From an uncultured Muribaculaceae bacterium (GTDB lineage: Bacteria > Bacteroidota > Bacteroidia > Bacteroidales > UBA932), in NCBI GenBank assembly GCA_964640305.1, contig CAZXFF010000003.1:5572-69571 (forward strand): a stretch of DNA of 64,000 nucleotides. The letters run 5' to 3'. The position numbers and the translations under genes were made by a program. Below are positions 1 through 8,921 of this stretch, in pieces (position 1 is the stretch's first letter; the number at the start of each line of letters is the position of its first letter). The notes beneath the pieces were generated by a model. That model had not been told where the DNA came from. It did no database searches and saw only the letters and a list, made by a program, of their open reading frames with translations.

Positions 1-513
1 TTCCACCCTGTCCTTGAGGAGAACAATGCGGAATTCCTGCCGGGCGATGCAGAAAACATCATCCTGCCTGAAGGTCTGACACTCATCACATCATGTTCCG
101 CAATCCAGTGGTTCGAGGATCCAGAGATGTTCTTCCGGAACTGCTTCGGGAAACTGGAACCGGGAGGATACATGGCTGTATCCACTTTCGGGAAAGGGAA
201 CATGAAGGAAATCTCGGCCGTTACCGGAGCGTCGCTGTCATATGTGAGTACGGAGGAAATGGAACGTTTCACAGAAGGGATGTTCGAGACTGTCCATTCA
301 GGAGAAGAATGCCTCAGGCTCCATTTCGGTTCCCCGGCGGATGTGCTCAGGCACATAAGGAAAACAGGTGTCACAGGAATACGGAAAGAAAGATGGACCA
401 AAGGTACCCTTTCCTCTTTTACCGACAGATATAAAGAACTTTACGGGCAAGATGGCAGAGGTGTTTCCCTGACATACCATCCGGTTTACTTGATTTTGAG
501 AAAAATAGGATAA
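1..513 (+). CDS. bioC: SAM-dependent methyltransferase, BioC-like (malonyl-ACP O-methyltransferase), C-terminal part; the 5' end lies outside the window
   Basis: Frame 1 is open from base 1 to the TAA at 511-513; the ORF track lists only 127..513. It has a class I methyltransferase C-terminal half (LEPGGYMAVSTFG) and bioD follows directly. Confidence 0.55.
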   Translation, partial: FHPVLEENNAEFLPGDAENIILPEGLTLITSCSAIQWFEDPEMFFRNCFGKLEPGGYMAVSTFGKGNMKEISAVTGASLSYVSTEEMERFTEGMFETVHSGEECLRLHFGSPADVLRHIRKTGVTGIRKERWTKGTLSSFTDRYKELYGQDGRGVSLTYHPVYLILRKIG

Positions 514-524
514 TATTATTGATT

Positions 525-1166
525 ATGGAACGGAATGTATATTTTGTAAGCGGCATAGATACGGGTATCGGGAAAAGCTATGCTACAGGTTTCCTGGCAA
601 GAGAATGGAACCGGAACGGGAAAAGGACAATAACCCAGAAACTGATACAGACCGGGAACACCGGGCTGTCAGAGGACATAGAACTTCACAGGAAGATTAT
701 GGGAATACCGTTGACTGATGAAGATCTGGCAGGTTATACGATGCCTGAAATATTTTCATACCCGTGTTCCCCGCATCTGGCTGCCGAAATAGACAGGCGT
801 AATATAGATTTCGGTAAGATAGAGAATGCAACAGCATATCTAAGTGGAAGATACGATGCCGTATTGCTCGAAGGAGCCGGAGGCCTCATGGTTCCTCTTA
901 CCAGAGATCTGCTTACCATTGATTATATTGCGGAGAAACGTTATCCCCTGATATTCGTAACATCCGGTAAACTTGGCAGCATAAACCATACCCTGCTAAG
1001 CCTCGAAGCCATAAAGTCCCGCGGCATAGAGCTTCACACCGTAGCCTACAACCGGTTTCCCCAAGAAGACGACGGCATTATCATGCAGGATACCGAATCC
1101 TATATAAGGACATATCTGGGAAAAGAGTTTCCCGGCACATCTTTTATCTCTGTTCCACTTCTCTGA
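525..1166 (+). CDS. bioD: ATP-dependent dethiobiotin synthetase
   Basis: GIDTGIGKS P-loop, about 213 aa, typical BioD layout. ATG at 525 is preferred over the TTG at 519 used by the ORF track. Confidence 0.85.
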   Translation: MERNVYFVSGIDTGIGKSYATGFLAREWNRNGKRTITQKLIQTGNTGLSEDIELHRKIMGIPLTDEDLAGYTMPEIFSYPCSPHLAAEIDRRNIDFGKIENATAYLSGRYDAVLLEGAGGLMVPLTRDLLTIDYIAEKRYPLIFVTSGKLGSINHTLLSLEAIKSRGIELHTVAYNRFPQEDDGIIMQDTESYIRTYLGKEFPGTSFISVPLL

Positions 1167-1205
1167 CAGGCAGACACTGGTGACATTTTGGCAGTATTTT
1201 CCTGT

Positions 1206-1221
1206 TGGCACTCCTTTTGCT
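1206..1221 (+). promoter_or_regulatory. Sigma-54 (RpoN) type -24/-12 promoter-like element upstream of groES
   Basis: TGGCAC(1206-1211)-tcctt-TTGCT(1217-1221) matches the consensus TGGCAC-N5-TTGCW exactly. It sits 49 nt upstream of the groES ATG. No TAnnTTTG box and no CIRCE element were seen in this spacer. Confidence 0.4.
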
Positions 1222-1269
1222 GAATGGTCGGTTGCAAAACGATTATAATAACACTAAAAATTATACATC

Positions 1270-1539
1270 ATGAACATCAAACCTTTAGCAGACAGAGTGC
1301 TCATTGAGCCCAAAGAAGCTGAAACCAAGACAGCAAGCGGAATCTTCATTCCTGATACAGCAAAAGAAAAACCCCAGCAGGGAACAGTTGTAGCAGTAGG
1401 AAACGGCAAGAAGGACGAGCCGATGGAACTCAAAGTAGGAGACACCGTACTTTACGGTAAATATTCCGGCACCGAAATCAGTGTAGACGGCAAAAACTAT
1501 CTTATGATGCGCCAGTCCGATGTATTGGCAATCATGTAA
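1270..1539 (+). CDS. groES: Co-chaperonin GroES
   Basis: 89 aa, starts [14 protein letters not shown] and continues [21 protein letters not shown], a canonical GroES. groEL follows directly. Confidence 0.97.
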   Translation: MNIKPLADRVLIEPKEAETKTASGIFIPDTAKEKPQQGTVVAVGNGKKDEPMELKVGDTVLYGKYSGTEISVDGKNYLMMRQSDVLAIM

Positions 1540-1556
1540 TTACTGTAACACATTAA

Positions 1557-3197
<1,641 letters not shown>

Positions 3198-3224
3198 CAG
3201 ATTTCCGATGAACATAAAAAGGAA

Positions 3225-3259
3225 GAGGCTGTGTCGTTTTGGACACAGCCTCTTTTTTA
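3225..3259 (+). terminator. Rho-independent terminator of groESL
   Basis: 11-bp perfect stem GAGGCTGTGTC (3225-3235) / GACACAGCCTC (3242-3252) followed by a T6 run. Confidence 0.8.
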
Positions 3260-3885
3260 TTTCGAGGAGATGAGACTCCATCGTCGTCTGCCGCATACAC
3301 ATGCTTCCGCAATGCCAGCAGTAAACCTTAATCTAAGCCTTGCGGTTTTTAATGGAAAAAGACAGTAGTGTAAATTCTTCTATTGACTATCAAGTACTTA
3401 TGAAATCATGCGTGGATTTGAGCCTTTTAAAAAACTCCAAATCCACACTTCCGAAAATTATCATATTGACAATCAAGATTTTACGAAAGAAAAGTGTGCT
3501 TTTAAATAAGAAATATAATATAAGTACGGCACTACCTTATTCATTATCGCCATACTCATGCAACATACCAGAACGCGACCGTCCACTCCCCCTCAGGCAT
3601 TAATACTGAATGTCCCTTGCTAACGTAATATCTTTTTAGCAGGAAACTGTTGATACTTCCTGTTGCATACGATCTCAACGGAAAAGACAGGATATCGCTA
3701 TCGAAACCAATGAAAACATAACTGACCGTCTTAAATCCGAACCGTAATAATAAATCACTAATCTCTGTAAAAGTATATGAATAATCTATAGAAATTCCAG
3801 GAATGCAGTCAATTATACGGTTTTTGCAATGAAACAGACGTGATTCAAGCAATCCTCATCGACATGGCAACCCGACTGCTCCGTT

Positions 3886-3974
3886 CCCGCAGTGCACCCA
3901 ATCAAGTAGCAAGATTTCTTCACCAAACAGCGCCTCCGACGATGGACCACGATTTCTTTGCCCCCGCAGTGCAC
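3886..3974. repeat. 12-nt direct repeat CCCGCAGTGCAC, two copies, period 77 nt
   Basis: Identical 12-mers at 3886-3897 and 3963-3974 inside the ORF-free block. Confidence 0.7.
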
Positions 3975-4012
3975 TCGGCCATGGAATCTGTCTCACCGCT
4001 CCGCTACGCAGG

Positions 4013-4197
4013 ACACTTTGCATAGCGCCATTTTTGCATATCGTTAATAATGAGAGCATTACCGATCAGGGATTTATGCAAAGCCCCCCCTTATTCCCGG
4101 CATTTTGCCCCATTTCTGCCGACCCTTTGCATAGAGCCGCTTTTGTATATTCCTTATACCCAGCATGTTACCAACTCGCACCTATGCAAAGCCCATT
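4013..4197. repeat. Two diverged tandem copies of a roughly 70-nt hairpin module (family B)
   Basis: Unit 1 arms are CTTTGCATA 4016-4024 and TATGCAAAG 4075-4083. Unit 2 arms are CTTTGCATA 4125-4133 and TATGCAAAG 4183-4191. The units also align internally (ctttgcataG.GCC..TTTTG.ATAT...GCAT.TTACC...TATGCAAAGCCC). Period is 109 nt. Confidence 0.75.
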
Positions 4198-4259
4198 TAG
4201 GCTCGGAACCTTCACCTTTAGCCCCTCCTCGTAAAACTGAGATCCTATCCGGCACACCC

Positions 4260-4440
4260 CATCCTAACATGCCTTCATATACGCAATACTCTGATTGTCA
4301 GGCAAATGTAAAAAAATGGACGTTAGGTTTGCCTGGAACAGCCGACTTTGCCCCGATTTGGGCTATCCTAACATCCGTGCATATTCTCAATATGCAGATT
4401 ATCAGGTAAATACGAATGCAGTCCAATGTTAGGTTCAGGT
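4260..4440. repeat. Two diverged tandem copies of a roughly 75-nt hairpin module (family C)
   Basis: Unit 1 arms are CCTAAC 4263-4268 and GTTAGG 4322-4327, with an inner 8-bp stem CAGGCAAA 4299-4306 / TTTGCCTG 4328-4335. Unit 2 arms are CCTAACAT 4367-4374 and ATGTTAGG 4426-4433. The interiors are similar (GATTGTCAGGCAAATG vs GATTATCAGGTAAATA). Period is 104 nt. Confidence 0.75.
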
Positions 4441-4574
4441 TTCCACTGATCTTCACTTGTACGGCTTTCCGGCACCACCACAAAGTCGCTCTTTCCTCCC
4501 GTTGTCGTTCGTATTCCGTATTCACTTCAGCACCTCGAGATGCCGTCCCAAAGCTCCTCTCAAGTTCTTCTCAT

Positions 4575-4613
4575 CCACAACGCCCGGAATCTGCCGGATA
4601 ATGGGCGTTGTGG
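4575..4613. repeat. Strong isolated hairpin (11-bp perfect stem)
   Basis: CCACAACGCCC 4575-4585 pairs with GGGCGTTGTGG 4603-4613 across a 17-nt loop. No T-run follows on either strand. Confidence 0.7.
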
Positions 4614-4665
4614 CAGCGCATACATTGCGGGACCCTCGCGAGAAGGCCCTCTGGGGCACATTGCC

Positions 4666-4890
4666 GGCTGGAGGGCTTCCGCAGGTGTACCACGCGGTTT
4701 GTGGTAAAGCATTGACAGTCTGTGGCTTACGGAAAAGGGGCCGGTTCACCTGCGAAGGGGGCTGGAGGGCGCACCGCGGCGAGAGCGCTGTCTAGGGCGC
4801 ATCAGCGGCCGGAGGGCTTCCGCAGGTGTACTGCGGTGTTTGTGACAAAGTAGTGGCAATCTGCTGGTTACCGGGAAAGGCCTGGTTCAC
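4666..4890. repeat. Two copies of an 80-90-nt palindromic element (family D), plus a truncated third start
   Basis: D1 is 4670-4759 and D2 is 4811-4890. The first 21 nt (GGAGGGCTTCCGCAGGTGTAC) and the last 17 nt (GGTTCACCTGCGAAGGG) are identical between copies, while the middles have diverged. The ends of each unit are mutually complementary (CGCAGGTG / CACCTGCG). GGCTGGAGGGC recurs at 4666 and 4760. Confidence 0.8.
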
Positions 4891-4923
4891 CTGCGAAGGG
4901 CTCGGTACTGCGGGGAGTCCGGG

Positions 4924-5313
4924 TCATGGATTATTATGACGCATGTTTTTACGTCTTACGTGACAATCCATCAGAAGACCTGCGCATGCCAGCAGGAATA
5001 CAGGAGTGACATAATATGAAGGGACAAGATCCATATCCCGGAAAACAGAGCCCAGAGTATCCGGTATCCATAATAAAAAATTGCGTACATAACCAGTAAT
5101 CCATTGATACTCATTCTCTAAGAATCCGACAACTGCCGATAAGGCTCCTGTATGTATCAAAATATATACTGTTGCACATACAGAAACCGAACATGCAGAG
5201 ATACCCCCGGCAATTTTCAGAAGCCTCCTCTTCCCGGCACGGATTTTTTCCACCATGGCTATCTCTTCCATCACGTTGTCCGTAAAATTTTCAGGTATTT
5301 TGATTTCATGCAT
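4924..5313 (-). CDS. Putative anti-sigma factor or membrane partner of the upstream ECF sigma
   Basis: 129 aa with a short cytoplasmic N-terminus followed by hydrophobic helices. It starts 11 nt downstream of the ECF sigma gene on the same strand. Function is inferred from context only. Confidence 0.4.
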   Translation of the reverse strand: MHEIKIPENFTDNVMEEIAMVEKIRAGKRRLLKIAGGISACSVSVCATVYILIHTGALSAVVGFLENEYQWITGYVRNFLLWIPDTLGSVFRDMDLVPSYYVTPVFLLACAGLLMDCHVRRKNMRHNNP

Positions 5314-5324
5314 AACCTATTGTT

Positions 5325-5906
5325 TTACTTTATCATATTATCCGTTTCCTTAACAATCTCTGCGAGCCTGTTGCGACAGCGGAACAGGCTTACTTTCACA
5401 TTGGAAAGCGACATGCCTGTAATGCCGGCAATCTCATCAAGGCTCCTGCCCTCTTCATAAAAGGCCGAAACAATAAACCTCGAATGTGGGGGAAGCTGTT
5501 CCACTGCCTTTTCCAATGCTGCGTACTGCTTTTCCCGCAACTGTTTCATTTCAAGGTCACCGCCTTCATCAAACCAGGCCTCTCCGACCTTCATTTCCCT
5601 GTCTGTAATTCGTTCCTTGCGGGCTGCCCATCCGCTTTTCCTCATCGAGGAAGCAGCCGAATTCCAGGCAATGCTATACAGCCATGTCGAGAACGAACTG
5701 TCTCCCCGGAACTTACGGAGAGCAAAATATGCCTTTACAAATGTCTCCTGCGCAAGATCTTCTGCATCTTCCCGGTTTCCGGTCACTTTGTACAGAATGG
5801 AAAACACCATTCCTCCATACCTGTCCACCAGCACCCTGAAGAGGTCTTTCTCCCCCTCCTTTATCCTTTCGATAATACGGGCCTCTTCTTTTCTGTCTCT
5901 ATGCAT
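5325..5906 (-). CDS. ECF-type RNA polymerase sigma-70 family factor
   Basis: 193 aa with region 2 (DLAQETFVKAYFALRKF) and region 4 HTH (GRSLDEIAGITGMSLSNVKVSLFRCRNRL). Confidence 0.85.
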   Translation of the reverse strand: MHRDRKEEARIIERIKEGEKDLFRVLVDRYGGMVFSILYKVTGNREDAEDLAQETFVKAYFALRKFRGDSSFSTWLYSIAWNSAASSMRKSGWAARKERITDREMKVGEAWFDEGGDLEMKQLREKQYAALEKAVEQLPPHSRFIVSAFYEEGRSLDEIAGITGMSLSNVKVSLFRCRNRLAEIVKETDNMIK

Positions 5907-5930
5907 GGTATGGTATTTCCGTGCAGATAT

Positions 5931-5957
5931 GACTCGGTTTTTCCAAAAAGTTACACG
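5931..5957 (-). promoter_or_regulatory. ECF-type promoter candidate for the sigma/anti-sigma operon (autoregulation)
   Basis: On the minus strand, CGTGTAAC (5957-5950), then a 16-nt spacer, then GTC (5933-5931). It lies 25 nt upstream of the sigma ATG. Confidence 0.4.
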
Positions 5958-5985
5958 CCTTTACGCAAAAAAGTTTTGCATGGAT

Positions 5986-6012
5986 CGTGTAACCTTTTCA
6001 GGTATTTGCGTC
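5986..6012 (+). promoter_or_regulatory. ECF-type promoter candidate for the divergent 6047.. operon
   Basis: CGTGTAAC (5986-5993), then a 15-nt spacer, then CGTC (6009-6012). It lies 35 nt upstream of the ATG at 6047. The -35 octamer is the same as in the opposing promoter. Confidence 0.4.
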
Positions 6013-6046
6013 AAAGATAGCAAACAAACATTTAAAACTTTAAAAT

Positions 6047-6436
6047 ATGGAACAGGTAATCAGTTTTGCAATCGTCTCTTATTTCATATGGAGGATTCTG
6101 GAAACATGGATGCACAGGAAAGAAAGGATTCTCATGATCCAGAAACTGGAGACTCTGGATTCCGACAAGGTCGGCAGAATCGATTTCGGCAAATGGAACA
6201 ACAAAGAGAATTCATTCATCACCGGAAAGTATGTTCCTCTGCGCTGGGGACTCCTTATTGCAGGTGCCGCATTGGGCATGCTCTTGGCTTTTTTCATAAA
6301 ACAGCTTTACAGTGACCTGAGCTATCGAGACGCTGATTCTCTGTACTGGGCCTCGACATTGCTGTTCGGAGGTATAGGACTGGTGACATCATTCATCATC
6401 GAGAAAATAGACTCGGCCAGCAACAAAGGACAATAA
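6047..6436 (+). CDS. Small integral membrane protein, function unknown
   Basis: 129 aa with three predicted hydrophobic helices and no recognisable catalytic motif. Confidence 0.5.
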   Translation: MEQVISFAIVSYFIWRILETWMHRKERILMIQKLETLDSDKVGRIDFGKWNNKENSFITGKYVPLRWGLLIAGAALGMLLAFFIKQLYSDLSYRDADSLYWASTLLFGGIGLVTSFIIEKIDSASNKGQ

Positions 6437-6483
6437 AATACTCCTTTCTGAAAAAAATGTTTTTTTTGTAAAAAAATTCCTCT

Positions 6484-7656
6484 ATGAAAACATTCCGTAT
6501 CATACTGCGATTATTGCCGTTTGCCTGCTGTTTTGCAGCGGGCAGCTGCATTTCAACCCCAACAGTTAAACAAGGTATTTTCCTTATCGAAGGATTTCTG
6601 ACAAACGTTCCTGACAGCACAGTCATCGGGCTGTACCGGGAAGACGGCAATGCATTGTTAAGGATTTCATCTGATACAGTCATTGGCGGCAGGTTTTCAA
6701 TAAGCGACACAATCAGCACCAAAGACAGCCGTAAACTGATGCTGATGTCAGACGGACCTGGATTTCCGGGAACATGGCTCAATCTGTGGGTTGCCTCGGG
6801 AGAATATATAAAGATCAACGGCGAGGACCGTCTTCTGCCACTATGGAAAGTACAGAGCAGAATTCCGGAGCAGCAGACTGAAAACGGTTTCATGGAACTC
6901 TGCCGGCCGGAAAGGATACGTTCCATGGAATTGAGCGCAATGGAATACAGCACATTCCGAAGCGAGAATTTCGATTGGAAAACCATAGACTCACTGCGGA
7001 AACTAAGCGAACCGCTGGACAGCCTGATCTGGTTAGCCGAGATAGAGCATCTCAAAAACACTCCCGTTTCACGGGTCTGGCTTGAGAAATACAGGGATTA
7101 TGCCTCTTTCCTGCAATGGAACAAGGAATTCGGCCATGCCGACCTGATACGGTCACTCTACCCCAAACTCTCCCCGGAAGACCTTTCTACCGATATCGGG
7201 CAGGAAATAAGCGGTTACATCAACCTTCCGGCCATTGTAAATGTCGGGGACGATATGGCTGATGGAGATCTTTTCGATATTGACGGAAACCTCCGGCATC
7301 TGTCCGAGTTCAAAGGGGAATACATTCTTCTCGATTTCTGGAGCCAGTGGTGCGGTCCGTGCATCGAGTCCATTCCTGAAATGGAGGAAATAACCGGTCT
7401 GTACAATGGGGTCATGACCGTTGTATCCATAAACCAGGATCCGGAAGACCAATGGAAGGAATTCGTGAAGGAGAACAATATGACAGGAAACCAGTGGAAT
7501 GAATTGCGCAAAGGGAATACCGGACTTTCCGCTGCCTACCAGATTGAAGGCATTCCCCATTATGTGCTGATTTCACCTGAAGGCAAAGTCATGGAAATAT
7601 GGAGCGGCTACGGGAAAGGGTCCCTGAAGAGAAAACTGAAAGAACTTATCGACTGA
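6484..7656 (+). CDS. TlpA/ResA-like thiol-disulfide oxidoreductase lipoprotein (thioredoxin fold)
   Basis: Signal peptide with Cys lipobox (AAGSC). C-terminal thioredoxin domain with WCGPC and a cis-Pro region (GIPHYVLISPEG). Confidence 0.8.
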   Translation: MKTFRIILRLLPFACCFAAGSCISTPTVKQGIFLIEGFLTNVPDSTVIGLYREDGNALLRISSDTVIGGRFSISDTISTKDSRKLMLMSDGPGFPGTWLNLWVASGEYIKINGEDRLLPLWKVQSRIPEQQTENGFMELCRPERIRSMELSAMEYSTFRSENFDWKTIDSLRKLSEPLDSLIWLAEIEHLKNTPVSRVWLEKYRDYASFLQWNKEFGHADLIRSLYPKLSPEDLSTDIGQEISGYINLPAIVNVGDDMADGDLFDIDGNLRHLSEFKGEYILLDFWSQWCGPCIESIPEMEEITGLYNGVMTVVSINQDPEDQWKEFVKENNMTGNQWNELRKGNTGLSAAYQIEGIPHYVLISPEGKVMEIWSGYGKGSLKRKLKELID

Positions 7657-7661
7657 TATTC

Positions 7662-8921
7662 ATGAAAAAAGCATTTATTATCCTTATGGCTGCCATTACA
7701 GCCGTTTCCTGCAACAATTCAGGAGTATATACCGTCAGGGTCAACGGAGAAGGTGCCGGTTTCTATCCGGACAGTTCCAGGGTGCTGGTATTCGCACAGG
7801 GTGCAGACATCCGGTTTGACGAACCTGTAGCAAGTGCATATCTTGACAAGGGGCGGTTTGACCTGTCATTCCGGGATTCATCTGTCAAGGTATATGAACT
7901 GGTTTTCGAAGAAGATCTGGCAGACAACAGTTTCGATTTCTTCAATTTCTTTTCCGACCGTACTCCGGTGCAGTTTTCATTTTCCCACAAGTATGACAGA
8001 TTAAGGGCAAAGGTCAAAGGCAGCAGGGACAATGAGGAAATATACCTGTTCAGGCAAAAATATGATGACACATATGATCTCACAGACAGTCTGTATTATG
8101 AACTGACACAAAAACTGACTGCCAGATACGGAGAGCAAGGATATCCGGAAGAAGGATCCGCTGAATTTGCGGAAATGGTTTCCGCCTTTGACAGTATTTC
8201 TGCCCTTCGGGATAAAATCACTGAAGAATCCGGATTCCTGGAATGGAAAGAAGACAGGATCCGGAATCACAAATCGCTTGCCGGTCTGCTGCAGGTATTT
8301 GCGAAAATCCAGCATTCGGTATCCGGGATAAATGCCGGAATATTGGAATCCATCGAGCCTTCTCTGTTGGAACTGTATGCGGAATACCGTGAAATATATC
8401 CTGACAACTTGCTTGTAAGTGAAATAGACAAGATCATTTCCTCTGTGGAAAGGTTGCGCTCCGGATCTCCCTATGCCGATTTCAGCGCACCATCCCTTGA
8501 CGGAAAGCGTTACAGACTGTCAGAACTTATCGAAGGCAAGATAGCCGTCCTCGACTGCTGGGCATCCTGGTGTGCACCCTGCAGGAAGCACTCCAGAGAT
8601 CTTATTCCGGTTTATGAGGCCTATAAGGACAGAGGATTCACTGTAGTAGGGGTTGCCAGGGAATACAGGTCCCTGGATGACATGAAACAGGCAGTGGAGA
8701 CCGAAGGTTACCCGTGGATACAGCTTTACGACCTCGACGCTGCGGAAGGGATATGGGATCTCTACGGACTTTCAACTGCCGGAGGAGGTATTTTCCTGAT
8801 CGGCAAGGATGGCAGGATTGTGGACAAGATCGACGACGTGTCTGTCATAAAGGAATACCTTGAAGAATACCTGGGGAAACAGACTGCCCCTACATCTTCA
8901 GCCAATTCCTTAAACCGTTGA
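7662..8921 (+). CDS. TlpA/ResA-like thiol-disulfide oxidoreductase lipoprotein, tandem paralogue
   Basis: The ATG at 7662 yields MKKAFIILMAAITAVSC (lipobox). C-terminal thioredoxin domain with WCAPC. The ORF-track start at 7599 would overlap the preceding gene. Confidence 0.8.
   Translation: MKKAFIILMAAITAVSCNNSGVYTVRVNGEGAGFYPDSSRVLVFAQGADIRFDEPVASAYLDKGRFDLSFRDSSVKVYELVFEEDLADNSFDFFNFFSDRTPVQFSFSHKYDRLRAKVKGSRDNEEIYLFRQKYDDTYDLTDSLYYELTQKLTARYGEQGYPEEGSAEFAEMVSAFDSISALRDKITEESGFLEWKEDRIRNHKSLAGLLQVFAKIQHSVSGINAGILESIEPSLLELYAEYREIYPDNLLVSEIDKIISSVERLRSGSPYADFSAPSLDGKRYRLSELIEGKIAVLDCWASWCAPCRKHSRDLIPVYEAYKDRGFTVVGVAREYRSLDDMKQAVETEGYPWIQLYDLDAAEGIWDLYGLSTAGGGIFLIGKDGRIVDKIDDVSVIKEYLEEYLGKQTAPTSSANSLNR

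Noticed and set aside
1167-1269. Looked for a CIRCE/HrcA operator upstream of groES, because TTGGCACTC resembles the TTAGCACTC half-site.
   Set aside because: No matching inverted half (GAGTGCTAA) is present 9 nt downstream. The sequence fits a sigma-54 -24/-12 element instead.
3556-3852. 98-aa minus-strand ORF as a real gene.
   Set aside because: It has no recognisable motif, no promoter box and an AT-rich context that generates ORF-like runs poorly. It is mentioned only as part of the AT-rich segment finding.
3300-4923. Tested the ORF-free region by eye for RNase P RNA (GGAAAGTCCGG, ACAGAACCCGGCTTA), a tmRNA tag-reading frame, SRP RNA (GGAAGCAGCC), B12/TPP/glycine riboswitch cores, and CRISPR-like regular spacing.
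   Set aside because: None of the conserved cores is present. The repeats are diverged pairs with irregular spacing, not a CRISPR array. The minus-strand GGAGGAAAGAGCG near 4490-4502 only superficially resembles the RNase P P4 region.
5617-6315. 232-aa ORF crossing the divergent spacer between the ECF sigma gene and the 6047 gene.
   Set aside because: It overlaps the sigma gene antisense and the 6047 gene out of frame. Both of those have much better coding signatures.
6484-8921. Multiple thioredoxin-fold lipoproteins (also 12799..13761) and a DsbD-like reductase (42847..44694) considered as an unusual redox cluster.
   Set aside because: TlpA/AhpC-like lipoprotein paralogues are abundant in Bacteroidota genomes, and these are dispersed. 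Only the possible ECF link is reported as a finding.
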